This document shows, in pieces, positions 25,978 to 37,796 of a stretch of DNA of 64,000 bases (its first letter is position 1; the number at the start of each line of letters is the position of its first letter). Source of the DNA: Lytechinus pictus (Eukaryota); contig NC_087252.1 of assembly GCF_037042905.1 (NCBI RefSeq), forward strand, positions 22,322,001 to 22,386,000, given 5' to 3'. The position numbers and the translations under genes were made by a program. Below the pieces are notes generated by a model. The model had not been told where the DNA came from. It did no database searches and worked only from the letters and a program-made list of their open reading frames with translations.

Positions 25978-28206
25978 CAACAACAACAAAATCATCATCA
26001 TCATCATTGTCATCATCACCATCATCATCATTGTCATCATCATCATCGTCACTACCACCACCATCATCATCACCATCATCATCTATACCATAAACATCAT
26101 CATCATCAACAAAGTCCTCCTCATCATCACCATCGTAATCATCTCATCATCACCATCATCATCATCATCATCATCATCGTAATCTTATCATCATCATCGT
26201 TATCATCGATCATCATCATCATCACCATCATCATCTTTACCATAAACATCATCATCATCATCAACAACAAAGTCATGATCATCATCATCACCATCGTAAT
26301 CATCTCATCATCATCATCATCATCATCACCACCACCATCATCATCACCATCATCATCATTACCATCAACATCATCATCATCATCATCATCAACATCTCCA
26401 TCATCATCATCACCATCACCCGGCATCATCACCACCATCATAATCAACAAACGCATCAACATCGGTATAAAACGTATAATGCTCGGAATCATAGTGATCA
26501 TATTTACTTTTCTGTCCAGTCTGAGGGCTCCCAATCCTCAAATTCAATGTTCGGTCCGTCAAAATACTGCCCCACGAATGCTTTCATAGCGTCTGCATCT
26601 GTGGCATTTGGCAGTTGACTAAAAGCAGCCAAGATTGTTTCTAACATGGAAAAAGTATTAAAAAAGGGAATTATTTCAGTACCTAAACCAATGCATATGA
26701 TATCATTAAAAACAACGTTAACGCCTCTCCATCAGGTAGGCATACTCAATGTACACTTCTGTAATTTAATATTTCAATCATAACTGAATATCATGAAAAC
26801 TAATAACTGAATAACATACAAAAAATGATAAAAACATGAAAACTATTAACTGAATAACGAAAAAATATTAATAACGTTAGGGAAATTACAAAATGATTTT
26901 TTTTTAACATTGAAATATTGAAATTGAAGGTTCTAATATCATCATGAACGAATCTTTTACGAAAACACATGCATATGTTACTATTTTCTGTAGAATTATC
27001 CCCGGTATTTCACAGTTCAGAAGAAAATGCTTTTAAAAGTTTTTGGGAACAAAATTGCCAGACGCTTCTGTTAAGAAAATGCGATTGATTCAAAGTCGAA
27101 ATAACTTTAGATTGATCTCAGTCATTCACTTTCCAAATATCAGATTTCAGGATCGATCTCAATATTAGTTTTATATGTATCACATTTAAATCTTATTAAG
27201 AATAGTCCCAAGTCTAGTATTATCAATCAGCTATCAGGGGACGGATTATTTTTTTCTTCAGCGAATCGATCTTTCAACATCTGGAGCTGCCACGTTTCTA
27301 CCTTATTCTGAATAATTACCATTTAATTTCAAATATATGATTGCGACAAAGAAGAAATCCACTTTATTCTTATCTCATCAATCTGTCATTTTGTTCATCA
27401 AATTTACCTTCTGATTGTTTAAGATGTAGATCAACGAAAGTTTTAGAATCGTTGTAGATCCTTGCATTCTGAGCTGCCTCTAGGAGAGGCCCGTTGCAGA
27501 AGATAGGACTAGTTATTATAAAAAGAAGAAAAAATATCATGCAAAAATAGATATTGGTAAAATAATTGTATGCGATAAAAAATTAACAGGGAAATCCTAG
27601 TAACTAAATTGAATACTCTGTGCGATATCTTAATTTTTCAGATTATTATTCCTCAATTAATCTAATAACTTTAAACGCACCCGCGAAAGAAATCACATTG
27701 GTTTTTTTCCAGCATATTTTTCTTCGAATATACAAGAGTATATTTAATTTAAAATTCGAATTTCATGGGCAAACTTCTATTTTTGGGGAGAAGAGTTGTG
27801 CACCTCATCAAAATCTTACCCCCCCCCCCTAATTACTAGTATATGTTTTATTAGCACCTCATTCGTGTCACGTAATAAAAAAAAAATCCCCGAAATTTTC
27901 TGGCCAATTATCACTACGTAGTTACCGAAATCATTTTCTATTGTTTTTCGGCAAACAACTGCTGCAATAATTTGTTTGTAAAAGCAAAATCTGATGACCT
28001 GATATTCGACCATGCACAATATTGACTGTCGAAATACACACATTTTGATTTGAAAGGGGGAACGACAATTTCGATTCGTAAATAAGAAAATCAGGTAACG
28101 ACATAACTTGCCTATCACACGGCGCCTCGTCCTTGAGATCGGCCGCCGACCACGTGATCACATACGTCATCACCAATACACGAAGAAAAAATCTGGTAAC
28201 CGCCAT
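16939..28206 (-). CDS. TREH: Alpha,alpha-trehalase (GH37), 13 coding exons, 581 aa, signal peptide and hydrophobic C-terminal anchor
   Basis: Exons in transcript order: 28112-28206, 27408-27508, 26508-26640, 25436-25523, 24357-24457, 23205-23297, 21888-22127, 21084-21133, 19958-20143, 19122-19342, 18207-18431, 17614-17667, 16939-17097. Phases are consistent; total 1746 nt. Motifs [71 protein letters not shown]. Confidence 0.97.
17614..17667 (-). CDS. TREH: Trehalase exon 12
   Basis: [18 protein letters not shown]. Confidence 0.95.
18207..18431 (-). CDS. TREH: Trehalase exon 11
   Basis: [32 protein letters not shown]...MFEK (trehalase signature 2). Confidence 0.96.
19122..19342 (-). CDS. TREH: Trehalase exon 10
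   Basis: [35 protein letters not shown]...[10 protein letters not shown]...VLDYLK. Confidence 0.95.
19958..20143 (-). CDS. TREH: Trehalase exon 9
   Basis: [24 protein letters not shown]...[10 protein letters not shown]. Confidence 0.96.
20257..20518. mobile_element. MITE
   Basis: Imperfect TIR CAG(C/G)C(T)TGTGTCAT(C/T)ACA. Confidence 0.6.
21084..21133 (-). CDS. TREH: Trehalase exon 8
   Basis: [16 protein letters not shown]. Confidence 0.93.
21888..22127 (-). CDS. TREH: Trehalase exon 7
   Basis: [21 protein letters not shown]...EYQFWMTNR...[11 protein letters not shown]. Confidence 0.96.
22199..22529. mobile_element. hAT-like MITE
   Basis: CATGGCCCTGGGAA...TTCCCAGGGCCTTG; 8-bp TSD TACAGATC. 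Confidence 0.8.
23205..23297 (-). CDS. TREH: Trehalase exon 6
   Basis: [30 protein letters not shown]. Confidence 0.95.
24357..24457 (-). CDS. TREH: Trehalase exon 5
   Basis: [33 protein letters not shown] (start of trehalase signature 1). Confidence 0.96.
25436..25523 (-). CDS. TREH: Trehalase exon 4
   Basis: [29 protein letters not shown]. Confidence 0.93.
25740..26460. repeat. (CAT)n/(CAC)n microsatellite in trehalase intron 3
   Basis: Directly visible; similar tracts at about 34320-34490 and 63540-63800. Confidence 0.95.
26508..26640 (-). CDS. TREH: Trehalase exon 3
   Basis: [43 protein letters not shown]. Confidence 0.92.
27408..27508 (-). CDS. TREH: Trehalase exon 2
   Basis: [37 protein letters not shown] bounded. 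Confidence 0.93.
28112..28206 (-). CDS. TREH: Trehalase exon 1 (signal peptide)
   Basis: [31 protein letters not shown]; donor AG|GCAAGT. Confidence 0.85.
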
Positions 28207-28701
28207 TTCAATGCTGAACACTAGCTTGCATTCGGTTAACTAAATTGTGGAATGAAAAAAATATTTGTGAGAAGAAGCATACTCTTTCAGGGTATACATA
28301 ATATTTTAATGTTCACGTCAATATATGTTCATCATGAACGATATACTCACTCGATATGTGATCAGTAATGACTTCAAATGAGATTTTGTATAAATAAAAA
28401 TAATTCCTTATTTAAGTAGAGTGCATGTCTAAAAACTGTGGTGGAACATGCACGATCTCTGTAAACATTTTTGTTAAAAAAATCAAATATTTATATATTT
28501 GTAGACAAAACGGTGGGAGAATCCGATATATAGAGCATATCCCTTGGATGTCATGCAGTAACCATTTTGTATGTAGGAGAACACCACGACACGTTCTGCC
28601 ACATCTCAAATAATATTTCGTCAATATTTTACACACGAATTTGCTCAAGGGCGTAGGCTGGTTTAAACATAAGGAGGTGGAACTAAAGTGGTACGGGGGT
28701 G

Positions 28702-28837
28702 CAGGGGCGTCGATCCATTTTCCAGATTGGGGGGGCAAAATCATTAACGTTCCAAAGGCGCTCGATCGTACAAAACACCCACCCACCCACACACACACAC
28801 ATGTATATATATATATATATATTATATACACACACAC

Positions 28838-28889
<52 letters not shown>

Positions 28890-29481
28890 GACTCATGAGA
28901 CACAGACACGTATCTCACTACACAGATAGTACGAGTGCCGAGAGTGAGCTCAAATTTCTTTATATTCTAAGCTGAAAACTTGATATTCTAAGCATTTTTG
29001 GTACCAATGATTAAGATTTGTATCTAAAAGAAGAATAGATGCGAGCGCGAAGCGCGAGCTGAAAATTTTGATATTTCGATCTGAAAAAATGACAGTTTAC
29101 TGGACGTTTTTGATAAAGAACAAGCTATATATCCAAGAAAAGATGATTGCAAATTGAAGCAGTTCTTTTGAGGCTTAGAACTGAAAACGGGACATTTACA
29201 TTCACCGATTTAATCATGAAAAGTATGGGTTTTTGCTACAGAAATGATGCGAGCGCGAAGTTAATTTTTATATTCCAATCTGAAAAGCGGACATTTTGAG
29301 CACGAATTTAAATAAAGAACGAGTTGTGTATCTCAATCTCGCTTGCTGAACATTACAATCTTGTTTTTTTTAATGCATATCCAAAATTATTGGGGGGCAA
29401 AATGATATGTTTGCCCCCCCCCCCCCAATATTTTCATTGGTGGGGCGATCGCCCCCCTGCCCCCCCAGGATCGACGCCTCT
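28702..29481. mobile_element. hAT-like element nested in another (about 28646-29636), upstream of trehalase
   Basis: CAGGGGCGTCGATCC...GGATCGACGCCTCTG; outer ends CAAGGGCGTAGGCT...AGCCTATACGCTCTTG. Confidence 0.65.
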
Positions 29482-30189
29482 GCGGGGTGCACATCTTGGG
29501 AAGGTGGAACTTAAGTTTGGAAAATCAGCCGTTGAAAGCAGGAGAAAAGGTACAAGTTTCGTTTTGTTAGCGAGTGTCGGAACTCCTCTGCCCCAGCGGG
29601 AGGGTGCACGTGCACCCCCAAGCCTATACGCTCTTGTAAGCTGATATAAATCCGGATAATTCGGCAGAATGGCCTTACTATGGTGAATAAACTATGAAAT
29701 TAGATGCATTTATGGCATTTTTCTTTAGTGAATGAGAGATGGGGAAGGAGAAAAAAAGGAAAGAGAGAGAGAGTGGGTATATATATATATAGAGAGAGAG
29801 AGAAAGAGAGAGAGAGAGGGAGAAAGAGGGGGCAGGAATAAAGAGAGGAGTGAGGATGGCTGAGAAGCACCTAGGGAACGATTTATTGTAAATTCGCATT
29901 TCATTGCCGAATATGAGGGGCGCCTCCGCTTAGCCACCAATTAGGCAGCTGCTTAATTTGCCCGCGCAAATGGCTCTCTCAACATGCTCACGAATTAAAT
30001 AAAGAGGAATGATGACGCAATAAAGGAGAGAAATCTTTGATATATGCATCGCTAAATTATAAATATTATCATAATAATAAATTGTTATTATTCAATGATA
30101 TCATTTTAATTTATTGATTTATGTAAATTAATATGTTAATATGCATCATGATTCGGCTTGGCCGCCATGATGTATGATCTTTATCAAAC

Positions 30190-30304
30190 AAATCATTTAT
30201 CTATCTATCTATCTTTCTATTTATCTTTCTTTCTTTCTTTCTTTCTATCTTTCTATCTATCCATATATATAACTATCTTTCTTTCCATCTATCTATCTAT
30301 CTAC

Positions 30305-30336
<32 letters not shown>

Positions 30337-32105
30337 ATATCTATCTAGCTATCTATCTATCTATCTACCTATCTATCTATCTATATATATATCTATCTAT
30401 CTATCTATCTATCTACCTATCTATCTATCTATCTATCTATCTAGCTATCTATCTATCTATCTATCTACCTATCTATCTATCTATATATATATCTATCTAT
30501 CTATCTACCTACCTACCTATCTATCTATCTTGCTATATATCTATCTAGCTATCTATCTATCTTGCTATATATCTATCTAGCTATCTATCTATCTATCTAT
30601 CTAGCTATCTATCTATCTAGCTATCTAACTATCTATCTTGCTAGCTATCTATCTATCTAGCTATCTATCTATCTATCTACCTATATATCTATCTAGCTTT
30701 CTATCTATCTATTATCTATCTATCTAGCTATCTATCTACATATCTATCTATCTAGCTATCTATCTAGCTATCTATTTATCGATCATTTATCTATCTATCT
30801 AGCTATCTATATATCATCTATCTAGCTAGCTACCTATCTATCTATCTTGCTATCTATCTATCTCTCTAGCTATCTATCTATCTATTTAGCTATAGCTTTC
30901 TATCTATCTAGCTAGCTATCTATCATCTATCTATCTAGCTAGCTATCTATCTATATATTATCTATCTATCTAGCTATCTATCTACATATCTATCTAGCTA
31001 TCTATTTATATATCATTTATCTAGCTATCTAGCTATCTATATATCATCTATCTAGCTATCTATCTATCTATACATCAATCTAGCTATCTATCTATCTAGC
31101 TATCTATCTATCTATCTATCTAATTAGCTATAGCTATCTAGCTAGCTATCTATCTATCTTTCTATCTAGCTATCATCTATCTAGCTAGCTAGCTATCTAT
31201 CTATCTAGCTAGCTATATATCTATCTATCTATCTATCTATCATCTATCTATCTAGCTAGCTATCTATCTATCTATCTATCTAGCTAGCTAGCTACCTATC
31301 TATCTATATATCTATCTTGCTATCTAGTATCTCTCTAGCTATCTATCTATCTATTAAGCTATAGCTTTCTATCTATCTAGCTATCTATCTATCTATATAT
31401 CAATCTAGCTATCTATCTATCTATCTAGCTATCTATCTATCTATCTATTTAGCTATAGCTATCTAGCTAGCTATCTATCTATCTTTCTATCTAGCTATCA
31501 TCTATCTAGCTAGCTAGCTATCTATCTATCTAGCTAGCTATATATCTATCTATATAACATCTATCTATCTATCTATCTATCTAGCTATCTATCTTCTATC
31601 TATCTAGCTAGCTATCTATCTATCTATCTAGCTATCTATCTAGCTAGCTATCTATCTATCTAGCTATCTTTCTATCTAGCTATCTATCTATTTATCTAGC
31701 TATTTATCTATCTAGCTAGCTATCTATCTATCTAGCTAGCTATCTATCTAGCTAGCTAGATCTATCTATCTAGCTATCTTTCTATCTAGCTATCATCTAT
31801 CTAGCTAGCTAGCTATCTATCTAGCTAGCTATATATCTATCTATATATCATCTATCTATCTAGCTAGCTATCTTGCTATCTATCTAGCTAGCTATCTATC
31901 TAGCTGGCTTTCTATCTATCTATCTAGCTATCTATCTATCATCTATCTATCTAGCTATCTATCTAGCTAGCTATCTATCAATATATCTAGCTATATATCT
32001 ATCTAGCTATCTATCTATCTGTCTAGCTAGCTATCTAGCTATGTATCTATCTAGCTTTATATCTATCTAGCTATCTATCCTCCTATATATCTATCTATTT
32101 ATCTA
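30190..32105. repeat. Compound (TCTA)n/(TAGC)n microsatellite, about 1.9 kb
   Basis: Directly visible. Confidence 0.97.
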
Positions 32106-35100
32106 ATATTTTCTCTAGACAAACTTATGCTACTCTTACTCTTGGTAAAACAAAATTAGAGACTCGTCTTTCCTACTAGGAACTAGAAAGGAAATTATCA
32201 ATACCAACTCTATAATATCATCATGGAAAAGGACAATGGGGAAAGGTTGGAAAGTCCCCGCTATGGAGTGCGCTTTTTATAGCAGTATTTCCGCTAAAAG
32301 GTGTAGCACAGACGTCCACGATGCCTAAAAAATGGCAAACCTACCGGCAGCTTAAAAATACCAAAAAAGACTTATATAATAGCGCTTTAAAGTTTGTAAT
32401 AAAAAGAGTAGTGATAAATATCTCTTGAACGTTTCTATATTTTCCAAGTTAATTTGCAAAGACATATTTGTTATTCTTTTAGATACTCAGAGTCTTCATT
32501 ATCAATGGCTATACCTGGTATCAATTCCTTGAACGCACTGAGCGCTGCTGATAAAGTGGTAACTCGAGCTAAAATCGGGGTAATATTGTTTTTTTTCTTG
32601 TGTAGTTTGTGTCCTCCGGCAAAATGTGCTATACAAACAGTATTCGAAGGCCTGGTATAGTAACTATAAATAAAATATATTTATATTGCAAATAACAGAT
32701 CCCCCCAAAAAAAACACAAAAACAACAACAACAACAACGAAGCTACTGTTTCATTTTGACACATTCGCGGATGAATCTACCTTTGTATGCAGTAGTTTGC
32801 TGAAACATGTGCCGTACAGAGTATATTCCCTGGAATAATCATGATTTAAAAACAAACATAGACATACGTTTTTTTTTATACAAAAGGAAAATTTATATGC
32901 ATGATAATTGCAATGGAACTACAGTATAATAGTTACTCTTATACTCATTAGCTTGTTTGTGTATTAAATCGTAGTATAAGTACAAAGTTCGTGAAATGTG
33001 TCAGCGATTATTATCCATCAATGACGATCGTGTGCAAACAAAACTTGAAAAGAACTGACGTCGAGCGAGCTGAACAGATGGAAGATAAATGCATTAAAAT
33101 TCCGGCCCGCGTTTTATGAAGCAAATAGCATAATATAAAGAAGAATAACACCAGTTTCATACTCACTCGTTTCGGACACTTTCTGGACCCCTTTAGAGCA
33201 GCATCTCTCTCGGCACACCAATGGGGGAAGTGATAACTCCTTTCGAAAAGTAACCTAGGAATATAGAATGAGCCAGAGCTTTGAAGAGTTTCCGCAAAGG
33301 ATGCACGAGCTTCTTTTGAGTTTGTATCAAATATTTACTGATCAAGGTACACGATAATTCCATTGTTACCAAGATACTCTGCAATCATGACTCTTAATGA
33401 ATACAATATACCAATATAAGGGTAAGGACAGATGTCTATTCTTTATTTGTAATATCATATTTTGTAGTGCTGGTTGAGTGACACATTTTGGCAGTTACCT
33501 TTTTCAAATTTGGAATAACATCGATGGCGGTATAAACACAATGAGATTGCTAATATTTGAGCTTTATTGAACTTCAGTCTCTAAATTTGTATTGTATATG
33601 TTGTTTGCAAATTGTATCTGCCCGCCCTTTCTTTACCCTTGCAACGCCCCCTTCATCCCCTCTCCGTTCCTTTTTCCCACTTCCTTTCTCTTCCTACCCC
33701 CCCCCTCCCCCACTAGCGGCTTAATCTCTAGGATATATATCTCTGTATTTCCAATTTTAATTTTGTTTTCTCTATCCAATCACAGGCTCTCATTATTTTC
33801 CACAACTCATTCTCCCTCTCTGTACGATATAATGATTATATCTCTCTTTTCCTCTCTTCTTCTCTCGGAATAGAATCTTTTTGCGCCTCGGAATAGAATA
33901 TTTCTAGATAGATGGCGCTATATAAATGCCTATTATTATTATTATTCTCTCCATGTTTCTCCCCATTTCTTTCCCTCTCCCCTTCGTTATTTCTCTCCCA
34001 CAACTCTCTCTCTTCCATCCTCCTCTTTCTCCACGTTTTTTTTTTTTTTTTTGCTCTCCCTAGCTCCCCCTCTCTCTTTCTCCATCCCTCCTCCTTTCTC
34101 TGTTTCTTCTGCTCTCTCCTTTCTCCTCCTCTTTCCTTTTCTATCACTCCATCCCGCTCTGTCTCCCTGCATCTTACTCCCCTTTTTGCCACTTACGTTC
34201 AAACAGTCATCCCTTGGGCCATCTCATAAAATTTGTTATAGCAAATTTGCAACAGATTAAAGCTACCGATCATTCAATTTGGCAGGCTGACAGTAAACTT
34301 GTTATACTACTTGTGCATTTGTTATCATTATTATCATCATCTTCATCATCATCACCGCTATCATCATCATCTTCATCATCATCATCAACATCATCATCTT
34401 CATCATCATTATTATTATTCATTATAATAATAATCATCATTGTTGTCGTTGTTGTTTTTGTTATTATCATTATTATTATAATAATTGATATTACGATTGT
34501 AACAAGTCTTTATAAAACTGGATCCTGGTGTTGGTCAGTAAGTTAACCCAATATGGGGCGGAACTAAGATATTATAATAAGTAAAAGTCTTCTTTTAAAG
34601 AGAGGGGTAAAATACATTTAATGACAGTATCACAAAATAAGTGTAAAGGACAACAAGCCTTACTAATACAATGTCAGTTTGATTATCACTGCAGTATGTA
34701 TATCAATTTCAAATTTACGTATACTCGATAATATATCTATTACAAAAATAAGTTTAATTCACCTTTCCAACAAATGTCTATTAACGATTCTAAAACAAAG
34801 CTTAGAAAACATAATTACCATGCTCTAGACATAATATTTGGAGAATATTGATATATTGCACTTCCACACATTTCTCTTATTATAAATAGAATGTTTCATT
34901 GAAGTAATGACATGTCCTTCTTTTTCTTTTTTTTATGAGTGTACAGCCCAACATCAAACCATAGAATAGCTCCATAATCAAACAGTGGGAGCCAGCCAGG
35001 CAGGCAGAATTACTCTCAAGAACAACATGCAACAACGAGAAAGAAACAATGGTTCGTGAGCACCCATTCCCCAACCAATACAAAAGAAAACTGAAACCAC

Positions 35101-37441
35101 CACATTGCATGTCATTGGCAAAATTATCATGATACATGTTTAACAGTACAAAGTTGAGTTGGGTCACTGTGAAAATGACATTACCATTGCATATTTTCAC
35201 AAAGGTGCTAATTCTCAGCATTTTACAAAGCTGGTTTTAAGGTAATAAAGGACTTTACGGATGAATAAAAGATGAAAAGCAAACAGTTGCATTAAAATCA
35301 TCTTGACACTATATAGCCCAGGCTAATTTGAAATTGCATAAAGTTGAAGCCAGAAGTTTACATACACCCAGGAAATTCAAAGATAAATTGACACTTGCCA
35401 AACATCATAAAATTTACTGTATCTTATAAAATATGTGTGCTATCATGACGAATTTGATATCAAACAAATGAGTATGTCATGCCCCTTCACTACATTGCTT
35501 TGCCATCAGGAGCTGAAAAACATTAAGGTGTCATTTTTCCCCAAAAAATCTTCATATTTTAGACAAATTAAAAATAAAAACTTGACAAAAAAATTTCATA
35601 CATGTATTTGTGATTGCTACTTCTCAACACAAACATTCCAGATTACACTTTTTTGTTCAGTGGTGACATATCATGATAGAAAATGTAATATAAATCATAG
35701 ATTTGACATCTATATATTTCTATGAAATGATGTTTGAAAATATAATTTTAAAAAAAGAATACATTTGGCACTAATATTACTTTTTTCTTTAAAGTAAATT
35801 CCACCTGAAATATACTTAACTCTTAATGTGCCATTCACTGTAATCAGCGAGTGCCACTTTGTTTCAAAGAGTCTATATTCAAATGTTTTATTTATTAAAA
35901 AAGAGAATCACTCATGAGACAATAATATTAAACCTCTTGACCATAAGCTGAACTGAACAATGGATCACTCATGCATGCAATGCACTCTTCAAAATGCAAT
36001 AGGCATAACAATAGCTGTATGACCATTGCACGAAAATGATTGTGTTCATGGCATGTTATTGATGTTAAGGGTTAAATCCCAACAGCATCCCATCATGTGA
36101 AAGAGCTGAATACGCTCTTTCATTTGATACCAAATTTGTCATGGTAGTATTTGCATTTCTGAATATATAGTAAATTTTACGATGTTTGGCAAGCAAACAA
36201 ATTCCACTGAATTCCATGGGTGTATGTAAACTTTTGGCCTTAACTGTATATTGGTCTGAACCTCTAAAGTCTCTGCCAATGACTTGTGTACAGAGGCCCC
36301 CTCTCATTCAGGCATTCATATTAATGCTAATCTTGTGAGAAGACCCAGAGCCGGTGCCTGCAGACAAATTGAAGGATCATGATACTGCCGTACTTTGGCA
36401 AAAACGAAGCAAATTACAAAGTATAATTCGTTGTAAATGAGCAATGTGTGTTCGTCATTTACATAGGCGTCAATTCAATTTAACAGCATATTTTCTTTCA
36501 TATCTTCCATACAATGATCATTTCTACCCCAGTATTTGCCGGAGCGTGCAACATACAAAGGGTGTTTCAGAAACAACAATAACTCAAATTTGGCGTAAGT
36601 GTCAATTGCTTCCTTTTGCCAAAGTTGGGCAAAATAGTAGTTGGGGTTTTAGGTCGACTTTGATAATTTAATGTATGAGGAATAAAGGAGAGCAGGATCA
36701 AAGCATTTCAAGCTGTTACTTAGTGAGGGTTCCCACAGAAATTTGAAAACAGAATTCCATGACTTTTCCATGACTAAATTGCTGCTTTCCACGACTTCCC
36801 GTGAGTTATGTAGAATTTGGTATGTCACAAAACTGGGAAATATGGAAATCTTTAACACCATTTATAATAGCAGAGTATGAGAGTTGCGAGACAGGACAAA
36901 GTGGAAAGCTGCCATAGCCAAGAGGTAAATGCAATTCCAGGACTTTTCACAGATTTTCCAAATTCCCTGACTTTCCATGACCACAAATTTTTCCAGGATT
37001 TTCCATGACTGTGGGAACCCTGTTAGTTCATACAGATTCACGTGCCAAATTTTGTATCAATTGCTCTTTCTAAAGGACAGTGATAAGATCAGTAACCTGT
37101 AAGATGTTCCTTGACAAGACTCTCTGTAATCGCAGTTAATTTTTCTTTGACACTTGCTAAGTCAATCAGCAAGTTGTGAGAGAATTACATAGTGCAATAC
37201 TTTTTTGTACAGATTCGTGGACAAAACTGTATATTAATCCTTCTTCAGACAGGAGTGCCAAGGACCAGGAACCTGTATGGTTTGCCTTGTTCAGTTTCTC
37301 TGTAATTATTTGTCAACACAGAATTTGGATGAAATGTAGCACCTTCGCCACCTTGGATCTATTCCTTACACAGATCCACGGGCCAATATATATATATATA
37401 CATGTATATATCAATTCTCTGCAAATCCAGGTAGATACATG

Positions 37442-37594
37442 CAGGGGCGGATCCAGGTTTTTCCAAAAGGGGGGCAAATTTTTCGGAGGAAATTTTTAAA
37501 AAGCCGAAAAAAAAGGTTTTCAACCACAAATTAAGAAAAAAAAGGAGGGGGGATGTGCCCCCTGTGCCCCCCCCCCCCACTGGATCCGCGCCTG
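37442..37594. mobile_element. hAT-like MITE just 3' of the HPS6-like stop
   Basis: CAGGGGCGGATCCAG...CTGGATCCGCGCCTG; 8-bp TSD GATACATG. Confidence 0.8.
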
Positions 37595-37639
37595 GATACA
37601 TGGAATTCGGATGAAATCTAGTGCAGTCAAAATATAAAC

Positions 37640-37796
37640 TTATACAGATTCATGGGCCAACATCTGTATCAGTTGTTCTTTCAGGAGGGCAGTGGTGAGA
37701 CCCGGACCCTGGATAGTTTGTCTCGGCGAGTCTCTCTGTAGTTGGTTCTTCACACTGTCTTGGTTGATCTGGAGAGCCTGTAGAAGATTCAGCGCC
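37640..37796 (-). CDS. HPS6: HPS6-like last coding exon
   Basis: [51 protein letters not shown]. Confidence 0.85.

Noticed and set aside
26139..26589. Poly-D/M/S ORFs (also the YLSI-type ORFs at 30158 and 45564, and 33836-34546)
   Set aside because: Translations of microsatellite or low-complexity DNA.
33193..33425. Exon-like stretch with AG and GGTAAG on the + strand
   Set aside because: All three frames contain stops and no partner exons were found.
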